A DNA stretch of 63,049 bases, the filler included, from Octopus bimaculoides (taxonomy: Eukaryota): the NCBI RefSeq assembly GCF_001194135.2. It is 4 parts of 4 records of this genome, joined end to end, with 100 filler letters (N's around TTAATTAATTAA, not from the genome) between each part and the next. Parts side by side here need not be neighbours in the genome. Positions count along the whole stretch, not along the records: positions 28,888 to 52,571 come from NC_068983.1; 3 more parts are not named here. One strand, written 5' to 3'. The position numbers and the translations under genes were made by a program. The notes under the pieces are model-generated. The model saw nothing but the letters and a program-made list of their open reading frames with translations. It was not told the DNA's origin and searched no databases. Of this stretch, positions 36,243 to 49,194 are shown one piece after another (the stretch's first letter is position 1; every line of letters starts with the position of its first letter).

Positions 36243-38086
36243 NNNNNNNNNNNNNNNNNNNNNNNNNNNNNNNNNNNNNNNNNNNNNNNNNNNNNNNNNN
36301 NNNNNNNNNNNNNNNNNNNNNNNNNNNNNNNNNNNNNNNNNNNNNNNNNNNNNNNNNNNNNNNNNNNNNNNNNNNNNNNNNNNNNNNNNNNNNNNNNNNN
36401 NNNNNNNNNNNNNNNNNNNNNNNNNNNNNNNNNNNNNNNNNNNNNNNNNNNNNNNNNNNNNNNNNNNNNNNNNNNNNNNNNNNNNNNNNNNNNNNNNNNN
36501 NNNNNNNNNNNNNNNNNNNNNNNNNNNNNNNNNNNNNNNNNNNNNNNNNNNNNNNNNNNNNNNNNNNNNNNNNNNNNNNNNNNNNNNNNNNNNNNNNNNN
36601 NNNNNNNNNNNNNNNNNNNNNNNNNNNNNNNNNNNNNNNNNNNNNNNNNNNNNNNNNNNNNNNNNNNNNNNNNNNNNNNNNNNNNNNNNNNNNNNNNNNN
36701 NNNNNNNNNTTCGCTAAGTACAGTGAAAGATAGATATTTCAAGTTCACGTCCTGGTTGGTGAAAAAGTGAAAAAAATTATTATTATTTTGTTTACATAAA
36801 AGTTTAAACAAAAAATGAATAGTTAGAAATGAAATAGTTAGAAAGGAATCACAATTGCCAGAGTTGCTTCCCCTACCCACAAGAGAAAAAAAAAACGTTT
36901 AAATTAAATAAGTCATACATTAGCATAAAGGCTTGAATTGGATGGAAGGGGATACGTGATTAAAGCAAACCCTGTTTTGACTGAATTGACGAATTGTATA
37001 TCAGTCAGGACTAAACCGATCTGGTGGTTTTACTGAATAAACAGTTTATCATGGTAGAACTAATGGCGTAGAATAGTTGATGCTTTTTAGTTCTTTTTTT
37101 TTTTAATTTTTTTTTTTTACGAATCACCAGACATAAGCGATATCAGCCAAGGAACGGGGTCCAGAGGCACTGTTTTTAAGCAAGTCCGGCTACTCAGCAC
37201 ATGGTTGTAGCTCATCGAAAATTAGAAGACGCAAATACCGGCTCAAACGCGCAATAACGAAGTATGATGCTGATGACACAGAATAACGTCCATCTTATAA
37301 GGAGCAGAGGATCAACTTTTTCCCTATGCGACTGGCTAATAACAAAATGTAGAACTAAGGTTCTGTGCAAAATTGCACCGTCTTAATCAAATTCTGCACT
37401 TTTGTTGCGGGGAAACTTCTAATTTTCCCCGATTGCTGCATACAGTGGAAGAAATGGCAAGCTTCGTGAGATTCAGACTGGTGAGTAAACATCGCTTAAT
37501 CTTCAACTCCGTTGAGATAGTATCATATGGAGTATGTGGTGCCATGCGGCACGGGAATAGAAAACAGCATAGATTTGTTTCTAGCGCTCCCACAGGCATT
37601 TTCTGTGTTCCACTCTTCATTTAGCAGACCGAATTGTCGGCTTGACCATTTGACGCCCGACGAAGAAGTGGCGATGAAAGCTTGTGCCTAATGCAATTCC
37701 GTCGCATGAATTAATCCTGGCATAATATGAACCGTTATCTCGCTAACTGGAACGTGTGTAAAACCGTGGTAACGAAACAACTTCATAAACTTTCTGTAGA
37801 GGTGGAGAAAGTCTTCACATACGTTGTGTAAATGTCGACCCCCTTTGCATGTTTCTTCATTATGATGAGCAGGTACAAACAGTCATTAATCACATGAATC
37901 TAACACCATGGTTCTGTTCGTTACCCCTATGGTCGCCTTTACCGGCGAACTTCCGGTACATGAACAAGGGTAATAGTTGTTCACCCTGCTTTCAATGTTA
38001 ATATCGGTGTCAATAACAGCACTTAATTTTGGGTGTGAACCTTCAGCTTGATTATTCCATGGTGACACTTGTGTTCTAATCACTAA

Positions 38087-38325
38087 GTGTACGCGCGTGG
38101 ATTAGTGGCTAGGGTGTTGGACTCATGATCGTAAGATTGTAGTTTCAATCCCTGGACCGGGCGACGCGTTGTGTTCTTGATCAAAACACTTCATTTCACG
38201 TTGCTCCAGTCTGCTCAGCTGGCGAAAAATGAATAATCCTGTGACAGTAGGGAATATATACGCCATGAAACCGGGAATCCGGCCCTTATGAGTCGACATG
38301 ACTCGAGAAAGTAAGTTTACTTTAT
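38087..38325 (+). mobile_element. SINE family E, second copy
   Basis: Homologous to 33848-34086 (gatcgtaagattgt, aaaacacttcatttcacgttg, gactcgagaa). Confidence 0.85.
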
Positions 38326-38339
38326 CTAATTACTAGCAC

Positions 38340-39720
38340 TCGTGAGTAAACTTGCTCTCGAACTACATATTGATTAGAACGGACTGGTAGGTATGTGGCA
38401 ACATGGTTTAAATACTTTGTTTTACTTACTGGGTCTGGAGGACCGGGGTCGCTTAAGATCGACGCTGTTAATGTTCCACTTAAACTTTTGCAAGTGGCCA
38501 CACGTCGAAAGTACATCAGCGAAGATGAAATTCCAGAAAGATGTTCAAGGGAGAAAGGACTGGATGTCGTGGTTTGTGTGAGGCCTGAGAAGAGGGTAAT
38601 CACAACAAGGTTGATGCGAAGAGAGGTGACAAAGAGACTGTGTTGGTACTAGATGAATGGAGGAGGTACAACACCATCTATCTTCGGGTAGTAAGCGATA
38701 GAGAAGGCAGAGAAGACACAACATGCTTGTGAATCGGGAATTGGAGTGTGTTTGTGAGCGATTTTATGCCATTCAATCGAGCAGCTTTGCTCTGGATGCT
38801 CTCAGGATGTCAGTGTATAACAATATATTCTTACACTTGTTTCAGTTGTGGGAGCTCACTCTGTTGAGAGTCTCTCTTTGCAGATTATCAGTAATTGTTG
38901 AGATCTGAAGAATTTTGGGGCCTGAGGAGAAAGCCCACCTTTGGGGGTGTGGTCTGAGTTATGTTAAGAATGCATTTTTTGCTAGAAGAGATCCCCAGTG
39001 ATAGTGAGGCCTTATTTGAATGCTGTTCCTGTTTAAGTGATATGTGATGTGAGGGTTTTGCTGTTGAAAGAGAAAAGTTGGCATATTCCTACTGGAAGAT
39101 ACTTTCGAGGTCTCCATTCACATGGTCAATGCAGATTTAATGTATTGTGTCTAGACTGCATGTGAATGATATGTGATTAGGAAAGATTAGAGACGAATGA
39201 AAAGTTGTATCATCTGCGTAAGGATGGACGTTATTGGACGTACCAGCAAGTAACTCATTGATATATTGAAAGAAGAGAATGGGTAATGAAGCCGAATCTT
39301 GTGGCATACCAAAGTTGATTCAAAGTAGGACAGAAAGTGCTCCTTCAACACACGCATCAATGAGGAAGTCCAATTGAAAACTATGGATTCCAGAGATGAG
39401 TGGAGTCCATAGGCAAGAAGTTTCAACATGCGATTCGCATACCAGATGCAGCCGAAAGCTTTTCTGATGTCTAAGGCAAAAGCAGTTATTTCACCAAATT
39501 TTCGTAAACCGAGAGACCACTGGTGGATGATGCAAGAAAGGTCTGCACAGAAGGTTATTGAAGAGACAGGAGTATTCAAGTTGTCGAAGAATGTCATTCT
39601 TCATAGTTACCTTCACTACGTTACAGATGTTGAAAGTGTGTAGAATAGAACGATAACTGGCAGAGTAAAAGATTTTTGCCATTCTTGATAAAGGGACACA
39701 CAGTAAAATGTTTCGAAAGA
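38340..39720 (-). mobile_element. CR1/L2/Jockey-group LINE reverse-transcriptase relic
   Basis: Minus strand: ..ALDIRKAF..W....LKL.AYG (ORF 39187-39597) and HPYADDTT at ~39203-39226, with a decayed thumb region beyond. Confidence 0.8.
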
Positions 39721-39791
39721 CCATGACACATTTTTTGTGAAAATATATTTTAAACTCTATAATGTATAGTTTGTTCGTTCAGATAATGTTT

Positions 39792-39931
39792 CACATCATA
39801 ACTTTATTCTCTTGTATAAACCCATCCGTTTTTAAATTAAGTAATGGAAGCGTTTGACCCTCATATGTTCCTTGTCTGTCCTTGTTTGTCCCTTCTATGT
39901 ATCCTTTGTATACAGAAATAAAGAAAAAAAC
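39792..39931 (+). mobile_element. 140-bp retro-insertion (LINE-like 3' end with AATAAA and A-tail) with a perfect 17-bp TSD
   Basis: tcgttcagataatgttt at 39775-39791 and 39932-39948; insert ends ...gaaataaagaaaaaaa. Confidence 0.8.
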
Positions 39932-40039
39932 TCGTTCAGATAATGTTTGGCCGTCTTTGTGTGTGACTGTAAATAACAAAGGAACAAAAGTAATCCATGT
40001 CGAGTGAAATACCCTGCAGTATTCAATTAGGTTCTCCGT

Positions 40040-40720
40040 GCTCTGTGTCCAAAACTTGCCGAGATTAACTTTGCCTTTTATCCTTTCAGTGGTGATGAAA
40101 TAAAGTGCAATGGTATCGGCTGAGCCCTTCCCTCAAAGTTATTGGCTTTGTGTCTAAATTAGAAGGAGCTATTATAAATCGTACTATTGTGAGTGATGGA
40201 CTGGAAAAGTCGTTAGAGCGTCGGACGAATTGTCATGCACTTACAGCTCTTTACGTTCTGATTTCAAATCCCATCGAAGCCATCTTTTCTTTTTATCCTT
40301 TTTTGGGGGAGGAAGTAATGTAATCAACTAACTCCCACTACTCTAAACTTCTAACCTTGTGTCTAAATAGGAAGCAAGTACTACAATCGAAGGTGGTGGC
40401 TTGGTAGAACTGCTAGTGGACAAGACAAAATTCTTCGAGTATGTTTTCCGTTCTGAGCTCATATCTCACCGAATCTAAATTTACCTTTCGTCCCCTCAGG
40501 ACTGAACCGGTCAACAAAATTACGTTCTAAGCTCAAATCTCACCAAGGCCAAATTTCATCCTTTTAGGAGTTGTGGGGACGGGCTCGATCAAATAAAGTA
40601 CCAATTTAGTACTGGCCTTGATTATGATAGTCTGAATTCTCTTCTGAATTTTCTGAGGTTATGCCTTTGTTACAAATTGTTGTTAGAATTATCACTTCAC
40701 AGAAAATATTGTTTTCTATT
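40040..40720 (+). mobile_element. Cluster of 3-4 old SINE family B copies in tandem
   Basis: Recurring ttctga(g)ttcaaat.ccacc.., ttt(c)atcctttt.., aaataaagt, ccttgtg motifs. Confidence 0.6.
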
Positions 40721-41084
40721 ATTTGTTTGGTTTTTATTCGCGTATACCACATTTCTGGAAATATTATTTAGCTTTATTCCTGTCCAAAGCATTTTCCCAA
40801 GTTTGTCCTAAACGCCTATGCTTGTTTTCAGACTACTTTCATAAGTCACAAGTTATTCTGGTGGTTGAAAAAATTGATAATGTGTATCATTTATGATAGA
40901 TGGACGGCAGAGAAAAATATCTTGCGTATCAAATGTGATACACCGGATAAGTAGGGGGCTAATTCTTTTCCAACGTCTCCTAAATCCTTTACCTGCAGTT
41001 AGGTCACATTGGGATGACATGGGGATAACAACAGAGTTTATGCATTTTTATTCTTTATGCCTGAACAGAAAGAAAATATTTACT

Positions 41085-41126
<42 letters not shown>

Positions 41127-41599
41127 GCATACGTGGCGTATGTGCATACATGTGTGTGTGAGTGTGTATCTGTGTACGTATATATGTGTGTGCGTGTGCT
41201 AAACGGTGTAGAGGAGTAAAATAAAAAATTTGGATAAGTTCGGGTGCTGTGGAGAGACAGAAGTACTGACGTTTCAAGAAAATTGCAATGATTTTCACAG
41301 ATGCAGACAACAGTTAATTTCTTCATACTTTGGTTTTCGGTTTTTATTTGCTGGAGGAAAGAAAAAAAAAACAGAAAAAGCTCGAATATTTTGTGTCAAA
41401 AGTTCTTTCGTATTGATTATATAAAACTGTATCGATTATATAATAGCTGAAGTGTTTTCTTGTAAAAGTGGTTTGCTTTGGAAACAAATATAGATTTCTT
41501 ACAGTACCATAAAAGCCATAAATGTGTAACGGAAGTATATAGTGATGTATAATGAACTGAAAGTGGTTTAGAGGCATTAAAAATAAACATCCACGACAA

Positions 41600-41810
41600 T
41601 GGGATTCGAACTCAGAACGTAGATCGACACTACTATATTGGAAATGCTGTAAGGCATCTAATCCGGCGCTTTGCTCTTCCCAGTTTTCCATCGTTATCGA
41701 TGTTGCTGCTGTTGCTATTAATAACAGCCCTTTCTACTGGAGGCACAAGGCCTCAGATTTGTAGGGTGGGGACTAGTCGTTCATATCGACCCCAGTGCTT
41801 CACGGTTTAC
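41600..41810 (-). mobile_element. SINE family B, diverged, in two pieces
   Basis: gaactcagaacgtag...aaatgctgtaaggcat...; ctttctactggaggcacaaggcc...gactagtcg.tcatatcgacccc. Confidence 0.6.
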
Positions 41811-41829
41811 GATAGCAGATGGACCGTCT

Positions 41830-43670
41830 GACAAACGGAACACGTCTCTTGAATAGAAAGTGGAAGAGCAAGCGCTTCAACTTTATTAGGCACGAAGTAG
41901 ATCAAGGGACGACGGTGAGGCGGTGGTAGATGACGGAAGCGATGTACGCATTCGCCACCTCCACCCGATCCTTCAGGGACAGCTTCCTCTCTGCCCACAA
42001 CTAGCCCCACCCTATCCAGGCGTGCGTCCAAAATGTCGTTCCAGTCACCCACTAACAATAAAATTCGTGACGTCCCAAAGAAAACCTCCAAGTGTCTGAA
42101 GAAATCTGGCTGCCCCGCCACGTGGGGGCGTAAACAGCGTCTAGTCTAAGGCCTTCATTGTCGCTCACGTCCAGGACCACCAACTTACCCTAGGGTCTAG
42201 GAAGTTCGCCTGAACTTCTAGGTCCAGGCTTTTCCTAAACAACACTACGACTCTGCTTCCCATTCCGGGTCGACTAAGAGATGTGTAGACCTCATAATCA
42301 TCAAATATGGGTGCAAGATCGCTGTGTCGGAAATCCTGATCCCACTGGCTGCTACACATCTAAACCTAGCAACCTGAGGTCTTTGAGCAAGCGACCTTGC
42401 TTCCAGGGTGACCTCAGGCCGCGAACATTTATGCAGCCCAATTTGACAATCGCCATGATGGCTCGAAAGGAAAAGAAAAAAGAGCAGGGTTACTTACTTT
42501 CCTGGAGCTGTTGGCAGCTCGGTGACCCGGGCTCCCGATCTGGTCATGGTTCCTCAAAGAAACCGGCTAAAAGCCTCTTCGTGGCACGGACGTTTGGCCT
42601 TCCCATATCGTGCGGGAAATCCCTCTAAATGTCTTTGTAAAATTTGAGGGGTAGCCTAATTAGCATTAAGTAACCCGGAACCCTAAGGTTGCTGGTGTCG
42701 TAAATTGCACCCTCTCTCTCAATCTCATTGTTTCTGGATATGAGAGCCAACAAATATTTGTTGGCTCTCCTCACGAGCTCGTAATTGAGTGTTTCTGTAT
42801 TAGTTGCTGTGGGCATTTTCTGAGGGCTATGTGTGATTGTGAGTGCATTGGTGAATTTGGTTGGGATAGTGGTGGTTGTGGTGCGGGTGGTGCTCGTTTT
42901 GTTTTTGCTGTACCTGTATTCGATCTGCTGGAGATTGCTGTATTTTCAGGTGTTTTCTTTTTCCTTTGTCTTTTATGTTTCTTTTTTTTTTGCTTTGTAA
43001 GTTTCTTCCTCATCTTCACTACAGGATTAGGAATGACTAGTGTCTGTAAGATCTGTCTCAGGGAGTGTGAATGTGTCTATGATAGTCTGAGCGTGTTTGT
43101 GTGAGTGAATGCTTGAGAGAGAGGGGGGGTGAAGGGGCTGGTTTGACAGATACCCTGGGTAGTCTTCTCCATTGTATGGGATTCATCTGTCTCTGTTGTT
43201 GGAAATGAGGCTACAGTTTTATTAAAAGATCTCTGTTGTTGCCGTTGCTGTTGTTGTGGGTGCGGTGTAAGCTGCCGGTGTGGCCGCTTATCTCCCAACA
43301 TTTTGGGGCAGAAGACTATCAGGTGGCTTATGGCCGCGCAGATGTCGCATCTGGGTTTCCTGCTTTCCACGACGACACACACAGTTCTACACCATTGGGC
43401 AGCTGGATCAGGTCCAGGATCTTCTCTATATAATCTGGTTTTACATAGATTAATATTTCCAAGTTGATCCCGTACCAGTTCTCAGATCTTCTCGATGCGC
43501 TAAAGATTCTGCCACTCGACACATTTTGGGGGTGAAAGGTAAATCTAACTTCAGCAGAATTTAAACTCAGGAAGTAGGGAACCGGAAACAATATTACAAA
43601 GCATTTCGACTCTTTTGATTCGTTACCATATGTTGCAGAAATCACCGTGGTGAGGAAAGCCAAGCCAAAA
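41830..43670 (-). mobile_element. L1/Tx1-like LINE relic: ORF1 (CCHC knuckle) plus start of APE endonuclease; RT absent
   Basis: RKPRCDICAAISHLIVFCPK (C-x2-C-x4-H-x4-C), Lys-rich linker, then VVVLFRKSL, AVYAP and LLVGDWNDILDARLD endonuclease motifs. Confidence 0.8.
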
Positions 43671-44274
43671 ATAAGCTAGAATTCATAAATTATCGCCGAA
43701 AATGATTATTTGATTAAATAAAACAGCTTCCTTTAATTCCAATTATAGATTCCTATTCCAATTATTGATTCCAATTCCAGCCTCCTTTAATTCCAATTAT
43801 TTAAACATTTTTTTATCCCAGGTCAGTCATGACCAATCAGACCTGTGATCAAAGACGTTCCACTCATGACCTTCCTGTAAATTTTAGGAGTAGTATGTAT
43901 AGGACCACATTCTCCAATGTTATTATATTTTAAGGAAATATGATATGACATGAAGGCGGTTCAGCTGATATTTCTAATATACCGAAAGACCGTATTCGGA
44001 GCCTTCCTCTTAGCGGTGTTCCATTTCAAATAAAGTTGGTGACCATTTAAGGGCAACTTGAAATTCTCTTGAAAGCAAGTATTTTAAAATATCGCATTCA
44101 CTTTTGCCCCAGACAATGAGATTTGTGAGTCAACGGAAGACAGTGTACATTATGTGGTCAATCATCCACAAGCAGGTAAGAAAAGTGGCTCTAAACCCCT
44201 TAATCCACTGCCTACCGTTTTGAAAAAGCTATGAACTTGATAGTGTAAACCAATAGATTTTGTGCTAAAGTAAG

Positions 44275-44392
<118 letters not shown>

Positions 44393-45292
44393 AGTATAGA
44401 GAGATATGGGGGAGATAGATAGGAAGGGAGAACGAGTGTATATGTGTGTGTGCATGAGACAGGCGGTGTGATTATATTTGGAATTTCTTTGAACATAAGT
44501 CTGTCTGAAAGGCGCCAATGTAAGGCTAACCATCATCAACAGTATCAGCCGCCTCCGCCGCCGCCGCCATCGCCTCCGCCGCCGCCTCCGCCTCCGCCGC
44601 CGCCTCCGCCTCCGCCGCCGGTAAGATGATCACGGCTGGAATGCATTTGATCCAAGGAGCTAAACAACAACGACAGGAAACGTCTATGTCGTTTAAACTT
44701 CTAGAAACAACAGACAAATCTCTCTCTCAAATTACATTTTACTATTCTTTGAAATATAATCCGGGATATGTTATGCCTGAACAAAAAAGAGGGGGATGGT
44801 CACAGCTGGACTGTCTTAGATAATGATTCTGTTCGATCAGGGTTGACCTGGTCTAAATAACAAGGACGACGGCGGCCACGCCACGACGACAGCCACATCA
44901 AGACGACGACATGGCCACGATGACGACGACGACGGCCACGACAATTAGTCATATTAGTGTATCATACTTTACTTAAATGCAACCTAAAGTTCTATTATTT
45001 GAAACAACAATAAAATACATTGTCGCTATTGAGTAACACCAACAGTTGTGTTATATGAAAGATACGCTTCTTTTTCAGTGGTTTGATATTTATCTTGAGA
45101 TAACGTCTGCTTTTTGGCCAAAGGTTACACAATCACGAGCATATACAGAAGTCTTACCATATATCTATCCACTTATTTCTGCGTCTATCAATGTTTCTTT
45201 TCATTAGAATATATATATGATATAAATAATATATATAATTTTATCGCCACTAAATGAAGAACCTATATTGCAAGAAACTCTTAATGCTGTAA

Positions 45293-46030
45293 AAGGCGCA
45301 CAATAGAAGTGACTGTGTGGTAAGAAGCTTGCTTCCCACCCATATTGACCCGGTTTCATTCCCACTGCGTGACATCTTGTGCAAGTGTCTCCTACTATAG
45401 CCCCAGGCCGATCAAATATATATACTTTTATAAAACAAAATTTTACAAAATATATAGTATCTGTTAACAGTCTTAGCAAAAAGCTCACAGGTGAGTTTTT
45501 GTATATATATATGTCTCTTAAAAGATAGAGCTCAAAATCAATGCATTGAAGATACTTTATTGCAGCAACAATTATAATAACAGAAACAACCACAATAAGC
45601 CAAACCTATGCACATTTCAATAGGGTATCCCGGATAAATAAACCACATCATAAGATGTCTCGTAAAATATTGTAACATATTACAACATATTACAAATTGC
45701 TGGATACTCCATCTCTTCAGGGTCGCATTATTGCCATCACCAATACTACTACTATTATTAGCAAATATATATAAATATATGTATATGTATATACATATAT
45801 ATGTGTTTGTGTGTGTGTATTTATGTGTTTGTGCTTGTCCCCCCACCATCACTTGACAACCGATCTTGGTGTGTTTGTGTCCCTGTAACCTAGCGTTTCG
45901 GCAAAAGAGACCGATAGAATAAGCACTAGGTTTGCAAATAGTGGGTCCTGGGGTCGATTTGTTCGACTAAAGGCGGTGCTCCACCATGGCCGCAGTCAAA
46001 TGACTGAAACAAGTAAAAGAATAAAAGAAT
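45293..46030 (+). mobile_element. SINE family A: 5' half (45293-45415) and 3' half (45820-46030) separated by ~350 bp of extra sequence
   Basis: gtgactgtgtggtaagaagcttgcttccc...ctactatagccccaggccgatc; ...ccaccatcacttgacaaccgat...gactgaaacaagtaaaagaataaaag. Confidence 0.8.
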
Positions 46031-46392
46031 GAAAGAATGCACACTGACCGTCCCATGAGCATCTGTAAGATCACTAGACTAGACTAGCTTTGCCTATCAT
46101 GTCGTAGGCTCGTCAGTAGTGATTAACCAAACGCTCGATTATTTGGCTAAATCCGGCTGTCGGTATACATATTTATACAATAAAAATTAATGGCTGATTT
46201 AGCGAAATGCGAATACATATATTAAAAATTAATACAAACAGCTAGGCGTTATACAATATCACAAAAGAAAACTTTTATATCATCACACACACACACATAT
46301 CCATTTTTTTCATTTCATTCCTTTCTGTTGTTCCTTCAACAACCAGATGTGTGTGTGTGTGTGTGTGTACTGGGTGGGTGTGGATACTCCTT

Positions 46393-46798
46393 ACTCTCTT
46401 TTACTCTTTTACTTGTTTCAGTCATTTGACTGCGGCCATGCTGCAGCACCGCCTTTAGTCGAGCAAATCGACCCCAGAGCTTATTCTTTGTAAGCCTGGT
46501 ACTTATTCTATCGGTCTCTTTTGCCGAACCGCTAAGTTACGGGGACGTAAACACTCTAGCATCGGTTGTCAAGCGATGTTGGAGTGACAAACACAGACAC
46601 ACAAACATATATACACACTCACACACATATACATATATATACATATACGACGGGCTTCTTCCAGTTTCCGTCTACCAAATCCACTCACAAGGTTTTGGTC
46701 GGGCCGAGGCTATAGAAGAAGACACTTGCCCAAGGTGCCATGCAGTGGGACTGAACCCGGGACCATCTGGCTGGTAAGCAAGCTACTTACCACACAGC

Positions 46799-46802
<4 letters not shown>
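46393..46802 (-). mobile_element. SINE family A, complete ungapped copy with short internal (TA/CA) tract
   Basis: Continuous homology to 8030-8654; best local template for the family (~410 bp). Confidence 0.92.
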
Positions 46803-46847
<45 letters not shown>

Positions 46848-47129
46848 GTATGTATATATATGTATATATATATAATGGTGCCAAAACGATAATGGTTTCC
46901 AATATATAGCTGATGATGGGATGTCTGTGTCTATTTACATTAAACTGTTGTTATTGTGATGTTTATATCTTTGTTCATACGTTCCACACTTTGTCTCGTT
47001 CTTTAGTGTTCTTCAGATATAGAGGATTTGTGCGCGCGCGCGACGAGGGTGTGTGTGAGTGAGCATGTGTGTGTGTGTGTCTGTTCTTGTGTGTGTCTCT
47101 ATTTGTAGTCCTTGTTCACTTGGGAATCT

Positions 47130-48090
47130 GGTATGATAATGACAATGAAGACACACCACCCACCAAGGCAGCAAAAAAAGTGTAAGAGTAAAGCCAAACA
47201 GGAAAGCTTGAAGGAAATGTTGGGACTGTGACAAGAAAACACCATTGGTTGGGTGATACCCCAAACAAGGAGGGGAAGCTGGTTCAGATATGAAAAGGAC
47301 TCATCAGTGGCTGCAAAGCACTGGTTGAGAGACAAAACAAGGATTTATTCTAGCGGCACAAAATCAGTGTCTCCTCACCCGGAACTATCAAGCTAATGTC
47401 ACACACAATGGGTGAAAGCACAAAGTGTAGACCCTGCGATGGCATACTTAAATGCATTGATCACATTGTTGCCGGTTTCTGAGACCTTGCTCCTACAGAA
47501 TGTAAAACCAGACATGATCGAGTTGGCCAATACTTGCGCTGGAACGTATGACGTCGCTACGATATCCTGCGCCCTCAGAACTTGTACGAGAACCATCCAC
47601 AGCAAGTTCCTGTGGGTGAGGATGTTACCATCCAATGAAATTATAGGATACACACAAACGGGCAAATAAATGATAACAAACCAGACATCGTCATAAAAGA
47701 CCTAAGACAAAAAAGCATGTCTGTTAATTGATATATGGTGCCTACTGATAGAAACCATTTAGCAAAAGAATTTGAAAAATTACTGAATTACAAGGACCTT
47801 GAAATTAAGATATTTAAGACGTGGCAATTGAAAACCAAAACCATTCCTGCTATTGTGGGTGCCCTGAGAACGATCTAAAAAGGTACCGACAAATTTTTTG
47901 ACCAGATCTCAGGGAAACCTATAATTTACGGAGATTGAAAAAATTGTGCTGACATCAACACCGCTCACCTTCTCTGGAAGTTTCTCTCCATCTAATAAAT
48001 ACGTGGCTTAGGTCTCTGGTTGAGAACCGGCCGGAAGATGAAACAAAACGGAAATCAAACGAAAAAAAAAATAAATAATAGTTATTATTA
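47130..48090 (+). mobile_element. 3' fragment of an RLE-type (R4/Dong-like) LINE
   Basis: GFILAAQNQCLLTRNYQ, KCRPCD....IDHIVAG, RHDRVGQY, NKPDIVIKD, LIDI..P.DRN...KEFEKL..YKDLEI, then a 3' UTR and AAT/ATT tail. Confidence 0.85.
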
Positions 48091-48599
48091 TTATTTCCAA
48101 CAATTGCTTCATTAGGCATTTAATTACAGATAATATTTGTAAGAGGTAAAAGTCCGATGAATATCGTATGGCACTTCACCATGTTCTAATAAACTACCAC
48201 TGGAATATTTCTATCTATTTGCACGCACGCACGCACACACACACACACACATATATATGTATGCATATACATACGTATGTTTTCCTTGCGATTCATTAAA
48301 ATTGTTTTTTACAGTATTCAAGATGGTCACTTAGAAACTGAACTGGTTTCATTGTCTTTTCTTTGCTTTTTCTTCTTTGAAACAAGGCCATTGACAAATA
48401 TTTGTGAAAATATGAACTGGTGAGAAATGAGTATATGTGTGGATATATTTGCTCAAATGTAAGAGGTGTAATATCTATTTAGTATAAAAGTATGTCTGAT
48501 TACTCTTTATATACATGTGTATGCCATACGTAGACGTGGGATTATGCATATATAACCATTACTGGAAATTCAGAAAGTACGTCTTTGACCGACAGCACA

Positions 48600-48890
48600 G
48601 TCATTCTTGCAGTCGGCGTAGTAACTAGATGTGACATCAATGCCTTGTCTCATGGGAAAATTCTATCTTGCAGACATTTTCGGGCAGCTGCAGATGATGT
48701 GGATGATATCTTCCACACAAACATAGAACAATCGACACTCTTTTATCACAGTGAGAAAGTTTGGAGGCGTCTTTATCTCTTTTATTGATCAAGTATTTAG
48801 TAGTTACCTTTACTTCCTGACTAGCAATTGTGTAGCCTTCCAGCTTAGATGTGTCTATCAAAAATCTTGAGTTGGCTACTCGTCCTATCG
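48600..48890 (-). mobile_element. RLE-type LINE relic, CCHC-knuckle region (apparently the family of 62045-62555)
   Basis: LEGYTIASQEVKVTTKYLINKRDKD...CDK then, after a shift, RL...VEDIIHIICSCPKMSAR. Confidence 0.7.
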
Positions 48891-49194
48891 AAATTGTTGA
48901 ATTCCTTTAGCTTCTGAGATATGTATTCATGCATAACTTTTTAGTAATATGATTAGCGTATCGAAGAAAATATTTATGCTTATATGTATACAGTATAATG
49001 CATTTGTGCATGTATGAAATGCAATCTGGTGTATGCATATGTGGCGTATATGTAATGTGACGTATGCATATATGTATGTTTAAATGTTTACATACTATTA
49101 GACGTCTGCTTGGTTATATTGTATTATAATTTAGTATATGCCAGCTGGTAAATGTGTATTCCTAATATTACATATATACATATACATATCTATC

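Noticed and set aside
37130-37620. Faint RT-like strings (SQGT, YDADDT, LIFN)
   Set aside because: Spacing and frames are inconsistent; needs a profile search.
43725-43800. Short repeated ttccaatt motif upstream of the Tx1-like ORF1
   Set aside because: Too short and irregular to call a target-site repeat or minisatellite.
44512-44620. Possible poly-proline exon (AG...CCG|GTAAGA)
   Set aside because: The donor is good but the acceptor is weak, the content is a (GCC)-type triplet repeat, and it sits beside repeat-derived sequence with no partner exons.
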